Shown: positions 19,265 through 29,520 of the stretch, one piece after another
How positions within the stretch are numbered: position 1 is the stretch's first letter
Layout: each line of letters begins with the position of its first letter
Assembly (NCBI GenBank): GCA_031430855.1
Contig: JANPCG010000013.1
Location: 99,781-163,780 of the forward strand
Origin: Candidatus Kaiserbacteria bacterium
Lineage (GTDB): Bacteria; Patescibacteriota; Minisyncoccia; Phycocordibacterales; UBA918
DNA: 64,000 nt
Reading direction: 5' to 3'
The notes under the pieces: generated by a model
What the model was told of the DNA's origin: nothing
Database searches by the model: none
Seen by the model: only the letters and a program-made list of their open reading frames with translations
Translations under genes and position numbers: made by a program

Positions 19265-20183
19265 CAGTGTGTCCTTTCCAGTGGTTCAAGTATTCCGTGA
19301 ACCGGCCACTGGTGGCCGGGTTGAGCAGATGCTCATGGAAGGTGTCTGGATCTCCAGCCCAGTGGGCAAGTGAGACGAGTTGGGTTAGCTTCGCTCCGTC
19401 CGCCAGACGGTCGATGATGTCGTTCCCGGTCGTAATGCCGCCTACACCAACGACATCGATTTTGATGTCGAGATGCTGACGGAATTGCCGGGTTTGACCC
19501 CGGGCAAATTGCAGAATGGCCGGACCAGACATACCGGCCAAGCCGTTGTTCGGATCGATAGTATCCGGGCCGGCATAGCAGTTAGGGACGGTGTTACAGG
19601 TCACGACTGCCCGAACCAAGTTCGGATAGAAGTTCACCAGTTCTGCCATCCGGCGTAGTTCGGCCGGATTTGTGTACGGCGAGAACTTCAGCCAGATGGG
19701 TTTTGGTGGCGGGCTTGAGGCAATCACTTTGAGCAGACTTGCGACATCGTCGATTGAAAACGACATGATCTCGCCGTGTCCCGAATTGGGACAGCCGAGA
19801 TTCAGGATGATGGCGCTCACACTCTTGAGGGCCGAAAAGATTTCGATCCCTGAGAGATAGTCCGCCAACGTGAAGCCGGCGATATTCACCAAGAGTGGCT
19901 GTTCACCCGCGTAGAGTGCGAGTTGCTTGGCAGCTTCGACATAGCCCATGTTGGGCATGTTGTAGCTGTTGAATCCGGCTCCACCTTCGAGGAATTCTTC
20001 GAGTGTTTCAGGCCAGAAAACTTTGCCGGTATTGCCGGGTCGCGATTCTGGCGTGTATGAGCCTGATTCAACAGCAGCTACCTTGAGCCACTCCAGTGTT
20101 CGCGTAGGGGTTTTGCAAACACCCGCACCAATCATAAATGGTCCATAGGGGAAGATGACTCCTCCGGCAGTGCAACTAAACAT
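19257..20183 (-). CDS. pyrD: Dihydroorotate dehydrogenase, class 1-like
   Basis: GAGVCK, NLGCPN, LKFSP, CNT, GMSGP, GVGGI; overlaps the pyrC start. Confidence 0.85.
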   Translation of the reverse strand: MFSCTAGGVIFPYGPFMIGAGVCKTPTRTLEWLKVAAVESGSYTPESRPGNTGKVFWPETLEEFLEGGAGFNSYNMPNMGYVEAAKQLALYAGEQPLLVNIAGFTLADYLSGIEIFSALKSVSAIILNLGCPNSGHGEIMSFSIDDVASLLKVIASSPPPKPIWLKFSPYTNPAELRRMAELVNFYPNLVRAVVTCNTVPNCYAGPDTIDPNNGLAGMSGPAILQFARGQTRQFRQHLDIKIDVVGVGGITTGNDIIDRLADGAKLTQLVSLAHWAGDPDTFHEHLLNPATSGRFTEYLNHWKGHTDG

Positions 20184-20298
20184 GGTGTGTCCTCGCTTTC
20201 TGTAGATTGTGAAATAACGCAGGCCTCGTACCGCCACATTGGGGGTCCGTCCTTAATGCGAAACTATACAGGAGCGCACTTTAATTGCAATTAAACAC

Positions 20299-22671
20299 TT
20301 ATCCCTTAAGGAGTGCGACAGCAACTTCAAGCGTAAGGTCTTCCGTTTTCACGTCGTCCGGGATGCTGATACGCTTGAAGCCTTTACGCATATAGCGACC
20401 GGACTTTGATTCAAAGACATTGACCATTTTTTTCGTTACTGGATTGATTCCTAATTCTGCGATCAATTTTTCTCCCTTGCGTGCGGTTTTTGGTTGCGCA
20501 TAAATTTCGAGCGCTCGTTCGTAGGTGATGGTGTACGGATCGTCCGCTCCTTTGAGTGAACGGAAATCGCCCGCGTGTGCGAGGTATGGTCCGTACTGTC
20601 CGGTATTCGCGATAATTGGTTCGCCTGTTTTAGGATGAGCGCCCATTTCGCGTGGTAGGGTGAGGAATTTGATAGCGTCTTCTAGTGTAACGTCTTCAGG
20701 TTTCATCCCAGCTGGCAGTCCTGAACGTTTTGGACTTGGTTGTTTTTTACCCTTAACCTTTTCGGGATTAGCTCCTAATTGTACATAGGGTCCAAACTTG
20801 CCGTTCATTACATAAATATCGAGACCAGTTTCTGGGTGGGTGCCAATTGGTGCGTCTGGACGAAGCTCGCTGCCATCAATCATACGTGCCCCATTACAGT
20901 CTGGAAACCGGTCGCAGGAGAGGAAGGTGCCGGCTTTGCCGAGTTTAATCACCATCGTGCTGCCACAGAGTGGGCAGGGGAATTGGGCCGGGCCAGCGCC
21001 GAGGTTAGTTAATTTTGGAATGTCTTCTTTGGCGGCAACGTCTTTTTGGAACGGACCATAAAAATCAGTTAGGGTTTTCACGTACGTTAGATTACCCTCA
21101 GCAATTTCATCAAGTTTGTTTTCCATCTCACTCGTAAACGTGTCTGAAATATAGTCAGCAAAATGGTGTTCGAGAAAGCTTGAAACCACATCCCCGGTTT
21201 CAGTGGGGATGAGGGTACGGCCTTCTTTCAGTACATACCCACGATCAGTAATCGTCTTCATGATTGACGCATAGGTCGACGGACGGCCAATTCCACGTTT
21301 CTCGAGTTCTTTGATGAGTCCGGCTTCACTATAGCGTCCAGGAGGTTGGGTTTGTTTGGCTTCGATATCAATTGATGAGAGCGCGAGAGTGTCTCCGACG
21401 ACTAACTTTGGTACCTCAGTGTCTTCGCCACGAGCGCGCGTATCAACCATGAGCCATCCGGGAGATATGATGCGTGAACCACTCACTGAAAAATCAGGAA
21501 TGCTATCTGTAGCTGAAGAAATATTAGCAAGGATCTTGGTTCGGAGCATCGTCGCATCAGACATTTGTGAGGCGACGGTTCGTTTCCAAATCAGTTCATA
21601 GAGTGCCTTCTGGTCGGCGGTCGCACCAACGGAATGTTTTGAAAAATTAGTTGGACGAACCGCTTCGTGGGCTTCTTGGGCACCTTTGCTTTTGGTTTTG
21701 TAGGTATGAGGTGAAAGATTTTCACGACCATATTCTTTAGTGATGAGTGAGTAGATTTGCGCGAGTGCTACCTGACTCATATTAGTACTGTCAGTACGCA
21801 TGTAGGTAATGTGACCAGCTTCGTATAACTTCTGAGCGGCTCCCATGGTTCGTGATGGAGAAAAGCCAAGGCGGGTCGAAGCTACCTGCTGGAGAGTTGA
21901 GGTGGTAAATGGCGGCTTCGGAACACGCTTGGCTTCGGTTTCTTTGATACTCATGACTGCCCAAGGATTTTTTTCACCGACGGTTTTAATCCGGGTTGCC
22001 TCGTCTTCAGTTGAAGGTTCAACGGTACAGAGAAATGGAATCTGTAGTTTCTTGGCCGTCGTATTTGCAGTGAGAACAAAGTAGTCATCTGGAATAAATG
22101 CTCGAATTTCTCGCTCACGCTCCATCACGATACGTAATGCGGGCGATTGCACGCGGCCAGCCGACAGTCCGTAACGAACTTTTTTCCAAATAAGCCCTGA
22201 GAGATCGTAGCCCACCAAACGGTCGAGGATGCGACGTGCTTCCTGAGCTTCTTTGAGATTAATATCAATTTCGCGTGGGTGGGTAATCGCAGTCCGAACT
22301 GCGTCCTCGGTAATTTCATTAAATACCACTCGTTTGAGATTTTTGTTTTCTTTTTTAATCAATTCAGCCACGTGCCAGGCAATCGCTTCTCCCTCTCGGT
22401 CGGGGTCGGATGCTAACAGAACGAGGTCAGCTTTCTTTGCTGCAGCCTGCAGACTTTTAATCACCCCTTCTTTACCAGGTGAGTTGATGTAGCGGGGGAT
22501 AAATCCACCTTCGATATCTACTGCGTCCTTGTTACTTTTGGGGATGTCGCGGACATGCCCAATTGACGACATTACTTTGTAGCCAATGCCCAGGTATTTT
22601 TCAATCGTTTTTGCTTTGGCTGGTGATTCAACAATCACGAGGGTGTTTTTGGTCGCAGATGTAGTGCTCAT
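20299..22671 (-). CDS. topA: DNA topoisomerase I
   Basis: IVESPAKAK, DPDREGEAI, SAGRVQS, ITYMRTD, GIGRPSTY; Zn-ribbon and C-terminal repeats. Confidence 0.97.
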   Translation of the reverse strand: MSTTSATKNTLVIVESPAKAKTIEKYLGIGYKVMSSIGHVRDIPKSNKDAVDIEGGFIPRYINSPGKEGVIKSLQAAAKKADLVLLASDPDREGEAIAWHVAELIKKENKNLKRVVFNEITEDAVRTAITHPREIDINLKEAQEARRILDRLVGYDLSGLIWKKVRYGLSAGRVQSPALRIVMEREREIRAFIPDDYFVLTANTTAKKLQIPFLCTVEPSTEDEATRIKTVGEKNPWAVMSIKETEAKRVPKPPFTTSTLQQVASTRLGFSPSRTMGAAQKLYEAGHITYMRTDSTNMSQVALAQIYSLITKEYGRENLSPHTYKTKSKGAQEAHEAVRPTNFSKHSVGATADQKALYELIWKRTVASQMSDATMLRTKILANISSATDSIPDFSVSGSRIISPGWLMVDTRARGEDTEVPKLVVGDTLALSSIDIEAKQTQPPGRYSEAGLIKELEKRGIGRPSTYASIMKTITDRGYVLKEGRTLIPTETGDVVSSFLEHHFADYISDTFTSEMENKLDEIAEGNLTYVKTLTDFYGPFQKDVAAKEDIPKLTNLGAGPAQFPCPLCGSTMVIKLGKAGTFLSCDRFPDCNGARMIDGSELRPDAPIGTHPETGLDIYVMNGKFGPYVQLGANPEKVKGKKQPSPKRSGLPAGMKPEDVTLEDAIKFLTLPREMGAHPKTGEPIIANTGQYGPYLAHAGDFRSLKGADDPYTITYERALEIYAQPKTARKGEKLIAELGINPVTKKMVNVFESKSGRYMRKGFKRISIPDDVKTEDLTLEVAVALLKG

Positions 22672-22749
22672 ATATATGTATAGTCTGACATAAATACTAG
22701 CTTTGACAGAATCTGTCAATGTATAACCGAATATTGCTATCCCATTTTC

Positions 22750-23616
22750 CTACAACTGTGAGCGGTACATATTGCCATCCATCGCGATGAATCCGTGCAT
22801 TTCCATTTGCATTAAGAGGATGTTTGCTTCAGATGCCGGTAGTCCAATAAGCCTGATGAGACTGTCGCGGTCAGTGGGATTACGTAGGTGGGTGAGGACG
22901 AGTTCTTCGTGCGGGGATAGGTCACGTGCTCTAACGATACCTTTAGGCTCAAGCACTTCAATCCCTAGAACAGCTAAGATATCTTCTGCTTCAGTGACAG
23001 GAGTAGCACCTAGTTTGAGGAATTGGTGGGTACCGTATGAATTTTTAGAAAAAATACTCCCCGGTACCACTAAGAGTTCTCGATTATAGTCAGCCGTCAT
23101 ACGGGCGGTAATGAGTGTTCCTGATTGTGGTGCTGCTTCGATGAGGATGGTAGCGGTGCACATACCCGCCATAATGCGATTACGCTGCGTAAAGGTCCAT
23201 TTGGCCGCCGGCATCAGTGGTTCAAATTCTGAGAGAAGCCCGCCACCGCTCTCAACAATCCGTTGCGCCAGCCGTTTATGGGAGGCGGGATAAATTACCG
23301 AGGAGTCGAGACCGCTGCCGGGGACAGCCATAGTATACAGACCATGTTCGAGCGCGGCTTCATGGGCAAGGGAATCTATACCAAGTGCGAGTCCAGAAAT
23401 AATCCCAACGGGGTAACCAGCGAGTCCACCAATGAGATGATCGACGACTTGTTTGCCGTAAGTAGTGTAGTCTCGTGAACCAACGACGGCGAGGAGAGCG
23501 AGTTCTGGCGGCGGCAGCTCACCCTCGAGCCACAAATCAGTAGGTGGCTGGGGAATTTCCACCAGTAACGGTGGAAATTCAGCATTGAGTAGTTTTCGTA
23601 TCCGAGACGAACTCAT
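22750..23616 (-). CDS. dprA: DNA-processing protein DprA
   Basis: AVVGSR, ISGLALGID, RNRIMAG, SGTLITA motifs; adjacent to topA. Confidence 0.95.
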   Translation of the reverse strand: MSSSRIRKLLNAEFPPLLVEIPQPPTDLWLEGELPPPELALLAVVGSRDYTTYGKQVVDHLIGGLAGYPVGIISGLALGIDSLAHEAALEHGLYTMAVPGSGLDSSVIYPASHKRLAQRIVESGGGLLSEFEPLMPAAKWTFTQRNRIMAGMCTATILIEAAPQSGTLITARMTADYNRELLVVPGSIFSKNSYGTHQFLKLGATPVTEAEDILAVLGIEVLEPKGIVRARDLSPHEELVLTHLRNPTDRDSLIRLIGLPASEANILLMQMEMHGFIAMDGNMYRSQL

Positions 23617-23727
23617 ATAAAAATTTTACCACACCATCACACGGTAATCATTAGAGCGTGCATATATTGACTTTTTAATAAAATATGCTATTATTTTGGC
23701 TGATGTAACGCGCAAAAATGCGCAAAA

Positions 23728-24438
23728 ATGAGGGCAGTAATGAAAATTGTGATGGCAGGACTTCTGGTGATGGTTATGACGACCTTTTCCTGGGTAACTG
23801 GCGCGACAGCCGAAACCAAACGTCCGTTTACCGGACTGTATGGTGCCATTGGTCAACACCAAAGTAGCGGGGACTTCTCGTTGTCCCACCGCGGGGAACT
23901 TTTCTCCTTCGGAGAAATCCTGAATGTTCCGCTCCAGGGGTCAATCACGACCTACGAAGTCGGGTACCGTATCCCCATGGGGCAGACCAATATGCGCTTT
24001 GGCGTAAATGCCGTTCTGCATGATGGAACCATTGCTGGCGCCAAGCGCTGGGAGGGTTTCAAATCCTCGGCCACCTTTGGGGTATCGTCTGACCTGCGGT
24101 TGTCCCTTGGGGCCGAAGTGGGTACGGTCGTGGGAGAGCAAGAACGGCTCTACCTCTTTGTCAGAGCGGGAATGGTTGCGTCTGACCTAAATGCGAGTCT
24201 GGCTATCGACACTCCCTGGGGTGACTGGGGTCGCGAAAAATCAGGCGGCGCAGTCGGTAATACCTTCAGCGTTGGGATGGAGTACCAAGTGAATAATCGT
24301 CTGAGCGTTGGTCTCTCGGCCAGTCAGATGGAATTCGATGCCGCCAAAGCCTTCGGGCTCGGCGACATGGGAGAGCAACGTTTTGAGGCAACGCTCAAGC
24401 AGACCACGTTTGGTCTTGATGTAAGCTTTCGCTTCTAA
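23728..24438 (+). CDS. Outer-membrane beta-barrel-like protein
   Basis: Signal peptide, FTGLYG start of the mature part, amphipathic beta strands, C-terminal FGLDVSFRF. Confidence 0.65.
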   Translation: MRAVMKIVMAGLLVMVMTTFSWVTGATAETKRPFTGLYGAIGQHQSSGDFSLSHRGELFSFGEILNVPLQGSITTYEVGYRIPMGQTNMRFGVNAVLHDGTIAGAKRWEGFKSSATFGVSSDLRLSLGAEVGTVVGEQERLYLFVRAGMVASDLNASLAIDTPWGDWGREKSGGAVGNTFSVGMEYQVNNRLSVGLSASQMEFDAAKAFGLGDMGEQRFEATLKQTTFGLDVSFRF

Positions 24439-24445
24439 GTGACGA

Positions 24446-24480
24446 TCGGTGGCCCAGTACCTGGGCCGCCGATTTTTTTA
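24446..24480 (+). terminator. Rho-independent terminator
   Basis: atcggtggcccag...ctgggccgccgat followed by a T-run. Confidence 0.8.
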
Positions 24481-24526
24481 TATACTATTAAAACGAAACC
24501 CCCACCCACAATTGTGCAGGAAGGGG

Positions 24527-25042
24527 TCAGCGGTTGTCGTCGTCAACCTGATAGTTGCGACTGTGGGGCATGCCGTAGTGGATGCGGCCGAGGAGGAATA
24601 TCTCAATTTCACCAAGCGTCCGAGGATCGTGTGTGCCGGTCTTAAACGTTGCACGCATGGCCTCTGTTTTGATGTGAGCCAGCTTGGCCCTCGAGAGGGT
24701 GTCGTGCTTACGGCAGCGACGTTCCATCTCGATAGAAAATACTTCCTTGAGACGGAGGGAACTTGCGATGAGTTCATCAAAACGCTCGTACGCTGTTTTT
24801 TCCATGGTCCGCTTGGCGAAGGTTGTAATCTCTCCCCGCATCAGTCGTTCGTAGTCTGGGTAGATATACTGAATGCCTGGCTGATCATGTTGAGCGCGTC
24901 TGAAGAAGCCTTTCCGTAGCCAAATAGTTAGCCTGACTTCTTTCGGAGTAAAGGCGCCTCGGGGGAACTGGTGAACTTCACCGTTTACGTAGTCACGTAA
25001 GGCAGGCGGCAGGGTACTGCTGTCGAGGAATGTCGTTGTCAT
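24527..25042 (-). CDS. Hypothetical protein
   Basis: ORF with AAAGGAG SD before ATG 25042. Confidence 0.55.
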   Translation of the reverse strand: MTTTFLDSSTLPPALRDYVNGEVHQFPRGAFTPKEVRLTIWLRKGFFRRAQHDQPGIQYIYPDYERLMRGEITTFAKRTMEKTAYERFDELIASSLRLKEVFSIEMERRCRKHDTLSRAKLAHIKTEAMRATFKTGTHDPRTLGEIEIFLLGRIHYGMPHSRNYQVDDDNR

Positions 25043-25153
25043 CTCGAACTCCTTTCTCTCTTTATACATTATTACTACTTTGTCCAGTCTTGTCTAGTAC
25101 CGCGCTTAAAACGGTGTTGTATATATCATATTTTCTAGTATTCTAGGAAGCGT

Positions 25154-26416
25154 ATGTTAGATATCAAATTCATCCGAGAAAATCTCGAAGTGGTAAAACT
25201 TGCCGCGGTAAAAAAGAAAATCAAAGTAGACCTCGATCGCTTAATGGTGGTTGATGATAGTCGGCGCGCGGTAATGTCAGTACTCGAGATTAAAAAGGCT
25301 GAACAGAATCGAGTCTCTGGTGATGTAGCGAAGACGACGGACGGTGCTGTTCGGGCCCAATTGATTACTGAAATGCAGGCGCTGAAGACTGAGATCCAAA
25401 CCGATGAAGAAAAGCTCAAGCCTATCTTAGAGGAATGGAAAACTATTATGCTCCAGGTACCAAACGTGCCAGACATGACGGTACCAGATGGTGATAGTGA
25501 TGCCGATAATCAAGAGGTAAAAAATTGGGGTGAACAATCAACGTTTTCGTTTCCGGCTAAAGACCATGTGGAATTAATGACAACGCACAAGATGGTTGAT
25601 TTTGAGCGCGGGGCAAAAGTACATGGTTTTCGGGGCTACTACCTCACGGGTGATGGAGCAATGCTCTCATGGGCGATTTGGAATTACGCGAATGAGTTTT
25701 TTATTAATAAAGGGTTTACTCCCATTCTTCCGCCGGCGATTGTGAGAAAGGCGAACCTCTACGGCACTGGCCATTTGCCGAACGATGCTGATGATGTGTA
25801 TCGTACCCAAGACGAGGATTATTTGATTGGGACGAGTGAGGTGTCAGTGATGGGGTACTACAGCGACGAGGTGTTAGAGCAAAAAGATTTCCCGGTAAAA
25901 TTCCTTGGGTTCTCACCGTGTTTCAGACGAGAAGCCGGGAGTCATGGTAAAGATACGCGCGGACTGATTCGCGTCCACGAGTTTTATAAGCTCGAACAAG
26001 TCATTCTCTGTGAAGCGTCGCACGAAGAGAGTGTGAAGTGGCATGAGTGGATTAACCGGAATACTGAAGAGTTCATTGAATCACTTGGTATTCCATATCG
26101 AACGGTTCTCAATTGTGGCGGAGATATTGGTCAAGGTCAGGTTAAAAAATACGACGTTGAGTTGTGGGTTCCAGGGGAACAAAAATACCGCGAGATTAGT
26201 TCAGCGTCTTACTTCCATGATTTTCAAACTCGTCGGTTTAATATTCGCTATAAAGACGCCGAGGGCAAAGTCCGCTACGCGCACTCACTTAATTGTACGG
26301 CGATTCCAACACCGCGGATCTTGGTTTCACTCGTAGAAAATTTCCAACAGGCTGATGGCACGATTGTGATTCCTGAGCCGTTGCGAAAGTACTTTGGTAA
26401 AGCCCAAATTGGATAA
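25154..26416 (+). CDS. serS: Serine--tRNA ligase
   Basis: MLDIKFIR, coiled coil, GTSE, FRREAG, EISSAS, HSLNCT. Confidence 0.97.
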   Translation: MLDIKFIRENLEVVKLAAVKKKIKVDLDRLMVVDDSRRAVMSVLEIKKAEQNRVSGDVAKTTDGAVRAQLITEMQALKTEIQTDEEKLKPILEEWKTIMLQVPNVPDMTVPDGDSDADNQEVKNWGEQSTFSFPAKDHVELMTTHKMVDFERGAKVHGFRGYYLTGDGAMLSWAIWNYANEFFINKGFTPILPPAIVRKANLYGTGHLPNDADDVYRTQDEDYLIGTSEVSVMGYYSDEVLEQKDFPVKFLGFSPCFRREAGSHGKDTRGLIRVHEFYKLEQVILCEASHEESVKWHEWINRNTEEFIESLGIPYRTVLNCGGDIGQGQVKKYDVELWVPGEQKYREISSASYFHDFQTRRFNIRYKDAEGKVRYAHSLNCTAIPTPRILVSLVENFQQADGTIVIPEPLRKYFGKAQIG

Positions 26417-26658
26417 TGAAATTGTTTGTTCCTGAACTCATTGCATGGGGTGGGGTAGGTGCGATACTTACTGCTTACATTGGAGTGAGTAGTGGATATT
26501 TAGATATGTCGATGTGGATATATCACGCACTTAATGCAATTGGAGCACTGATACTTATTGTCTCGTCTACTCGTAAAAAACATTATCAACCACTCTTGCT
26601 TAATGCGGTTTGGTTTATCGTCGCAGTGATAGCTTTAGGTAGTCTCGCAATACGATAA
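26416..26658 (+). CDS. Small three-TM membrane protein
   Basis: 80 aa hydrophobic ORF coupled to the serS stop. Confidence 0.7.
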   Translation: MKLFVPELIAWGGVGAILTAYIGVSSGYLDMSMWIYHALNAIGALILIVSSTRKKHYQPLLLNAVWFIVAVIALGSLAIR

Positions 26659-26795
26659 AAGATTGAACAATCATGTTGAGAGAAACTCGTATATTTAAAT
26701 TATCGTCATCCAGTGACGATTTTTGTACGTGTTGACAAGCAGAGTGGCTTGAGACTTTAGAGTAGGGAAGGCGCTGGTGTGATAGCATAGTGACA

Positions 26796-27698
26796 ATGTT
26801 TAAGCAGCAGAGTGCAGTGCGCACGAAAGGTAAACCAAAGCGCCGAATCACTGACCCCAACAAGCGTATGCTAATTGGGCAGATTCTCGTTGGAGTAATT
26901 CTCTTTTCAATTTTCGGTATACTCGCAGCGGCTTTGTGGTACGGAACGCGTGTGGAGAGTTATACACTGACCACTATAACCGCTTCCGGAGGAGAGACGA
27001 TTGATCATACTAAAGTGACGGAAACCGCCGCTGTTATCCTTCAGGGTTCGTACCTCGGTTTGATCCCACGTCAGTTTGCTTGGACGTATCCAGAGGAAGA
27101 TATGTACACCGCTTTGCGGGCTATACCGCGTTTGAAAGATCCCGTGATAACTCGCGTGTCAGGGACAGAGCTCCAGATTGAATTTGACGAATATATTCCG
27201 CATGCACTGTGGTGTACCGAGCGAACTGAAGGTGAGTGTTTGTTAATTGATGCCTCGGGCTATGCCTTTGGTCCTGCGCCAAAATTAAAGGGGGGAGCCT
27301 TTGTGCGGTACCGTACTTTGGGGACAGAGCCGACAATAGGCAAAACCGTATTACCAGCTGAGCAACTGAGTACTATTGCAGACTTCATCTCGCTCGTGCA
27401 GGCAACGGGGACGTTTGAAATTGCGGCCGTTGAAACAGATTCGGTTGGGGATGTATTTTATATAGTCTCTGGCGGAGGAGAATTTAAGGCGTCACTTCGC
27501 GACGCTGCCGCAGTGGTATATGACAACCTTCAAACTATTTTAGGGTCAAAAGAATTTTCTGATATTGCTCCCGGTAATTTTCAGTACATTGACTTACGAT
27601 TTGGGAGTAAGGTGTTTGTAAACGAAGAAAAGCTGCAACCTGCAACATCGACTGCAACAAGTATCGTACCTGATGGGATGGCGAGCAGTAGCGAATAA
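26796..27698 (+). CDS. FtsQ/DivIB-like cell division protein
   Basis: Basic N-terminus, one TM, POTRA-like region, C-terminal YIDLRFG. Confidence 0.75.
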   Translation: MFKQQSAVRTKGKPKRRITDPNKRMLIGQILVGVILFSIFGILAAALWYGTRVESYTLTTITASGGETIDHTKVTETAAVILQGSYLGLIPRQFAWTYPEEDMYTALRAIPRLKDPVITRVSGTELQIEFDEYIPHALWCTERTEGECLLIDASGYAFGPAPKLKGGAFVRYRTLGTEPTIGKTVLPAEQLSTIADFISLVQATGTFEIAAVETDSVGDVFYIVSGGGEFKASLRDAAAVVYDNLQTILGSKEFSDIAPGNFQYIDLRFGSKVFVNEEKLQPATSTATSIVPDGMASSSE

Positions 27699-27773
27699 AA
27701 ATACGACCGCCACGTAGTGTTGTGGCGGTCGCTCTGCGGAAGAAATGGTACGATTGGCTTTTCCTTTCGGCGT

Positions 27774-28031
27774 CTAGCTCCACCGCTTTGTGTCGGTCGG
27801 GTCGGGGGGATTGATTTCAACGATAGGCTCAATGCCGTTTACCGCATTAAGGAGAATGGCCTCAGCTACGGGAGTTGCTCCGGCGAAGAGGAGGTGGGGC
27901 CCGTTGTGCTCACGCGGTACACGTTCGCGGGACTGTATCGTTGTGCATTCGAGCTTTGACAGCATCGGTTCGATACGCTGGTAGATTGTAGTCCACATCG
28001 CGCGCGGCGCGACAATCATGATGAACTTCAT
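27774..28031 (-). CDS. Small hypothetical protein
   Basis: 85 aa ORF with AAGGA upstream. Confidence 0.4.
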   Translation of the reverse strand: MKFIMIVAPRAMWTTIYQRIEPMLSKLECTTIQSRERVPREHNGPHLLFAGATPVAEAILLNAVNGIEPIVEINPPDPTDTKRWS

Positions 28032-28068
28032 GGTGCAATCTTCCTTAGGGTGTGTTTTTTGAGAGCGC

Positions 28069-28326
28069 TCATAATGGGCGCCGCAGGAGGCGCTTCCAGA
28101 TCAGTGCCGCTGTCAGAATGACGAAGAACAATGCGGCGAGCCCGAACATGATGTTTGCTGCAATCGTAAAAATGAAATGCTCCACCGGATCTGGTTCTTC
28201 AATGATGAGCAGTAATTCACGGAAACCGAGAATGGCACCCCCGAGGACTGCTGTCATAACCGTGATTATGATGATACCTATGAAGATTTCAAACGGGTTG
28301 AGCCGTGGAGTGGATTGCGTGGTCAT
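28069..28326 (-). CDS. Small two-TM membrane protein
   Basis: GGAGGT SD before ATG 28326; two hydrophobic helices. Confidence 0.6.
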   Translation of the reverse strand: MTTQSTPRLNPFEIFIGIIIITVMTAVLGGAILGFRELLLIIEEPDPVEHFIFTIAANIMFGLAALFFVILTAALIWKRLLRRPL

Positions 28327-28385
28327 GTCGTACCTCCGGTGTACCAGGTTGCGTTTCTGTAGTCTTCTTGTACAGTACAACCATC

Positions 28386-29471
28386 ATGAACTTCTGGCAA
28401 CAACTATCAGCTCCATTTCTAACTGTCGCGCCGATGGCGGACGTTACCGATGCCGCATTTAGACAAATGATTGCTAAATATTCAAATCCCAATCAGGGGA
28501 TCGAGAATAATCCTTTTGTGACGTGGACAGAATTTGTCGCGGCTGATGGTTTGGTGCGCGCCACCCCTGAAGGTAAGGTTAAATTAATGGTTGACCTGAT
28601 CTACGGTAACGAAGAGCGACCAGTTGTTGCACAGCTCTTTACGAGCAATCCCGAGCATATGGAATATGCAGCGAAACTCTGTCTTGAATTAGGGTTTGAT
28701 GGGGTAGATATCAATATGGGATGCCCGGATAAATCAATCGAGAAACAAGGATGTGGTTCAGCCATGATAAAAAATCCCGCTCTCGCACGGGCAATTATTC
28801 AGGCAGCGAAGCGGGGGGCCAAAAGTGATGAGGGTGGTATTCCGGTATCGGTCAAAACTCGTCTCGGATACAATCATGACCAAGTAGATACGTGGATTCC
28901 TGAAATTTTAGCTGAGGCCCCGGCGGCTCTCACTGTCCATGCTCGGACGCGTAAAGACCTGAGTAAAGTCCCCGCCCGCTGGGAACGTTTAACTGAAGTG
29001 GTCGCACTCCGTGATCAGTTATCGCCAATGACCCGGATTATCGGTAATGGGGATGTGTTGTCGCCGGCTGATGGCTACGCCAAAATTGCCGAGAGTGGCG
29101 TCGATGGGGCGATGGTGGGACGAGCGCTATTTGGAAATCCGTGGTTTTTTAATCCGACCAAACAACTTCCAACTAGGCTTCTGGCACTCCCGACCCATGG
29201 GGTCAATCGTGACACGATTATTACCACTGATACGACGGGGAAAGGTGTCGAATATATTACTCTCGAGGAGCGACTTCGTGTTATGGTCGAGCACACCTAC
29301 TTATTTACAAAGCTCCTCCCGCACAAAAGTTTCGCTGTCATGAAAAAACACTACAAAGCGTACGTTGGTGGCTTTCCTGGAGCAGCTGAATTACGTACTC
29401 AATTAATGGAGCAAGAAACACCAGAAGCGGTAGTTGCGGTAGTTGGGGCATTTCTTGCATCGGCCAGATAG
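28386..29471 (+). CDS. tRNA-dihydrouridine synthase
   Basis: APMADVTD, DINMGCP, SVKTRLG, VHART, GNGD, MVGRA. Confidence 0.93.
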   Translation: MNFWQQLSAPFLTVAPMADVTDAAFRQMIAKYSNPNQGIENNPFVTWTEFVAADGLVRATPEGKVKLMVDLIYGNEERPVVAQLFTSNPEHMEYAAKLCLELGFDGVDINMGCPDKSIEKQGCGSAMIKNPALARAIIQAAKRGAKSDEGGIPVSVKTRLGYNHDQVDTWIPEILAEAPAALTVHARTRKDLSKVPARWERLTEVVALRDQLSPMTRIIGNGDVLSPADGYAKIAESGVDGAMVGRALFGNPWFFNPTKQLPTRLLALPTHGVNRDTIITTDTTGKGVEYITLEERLRVMVEHTYLFTKLLPHKSFAVMKKHYKAYVGGFPGAAELRTQLMEQETPEAVVAVVGAFLASAR

Positions 29472-29520
29472 ACCGGTATAGTAGCACAGAGAAGTACATC
29501 GAAACCTTGATGGAGGTAGG

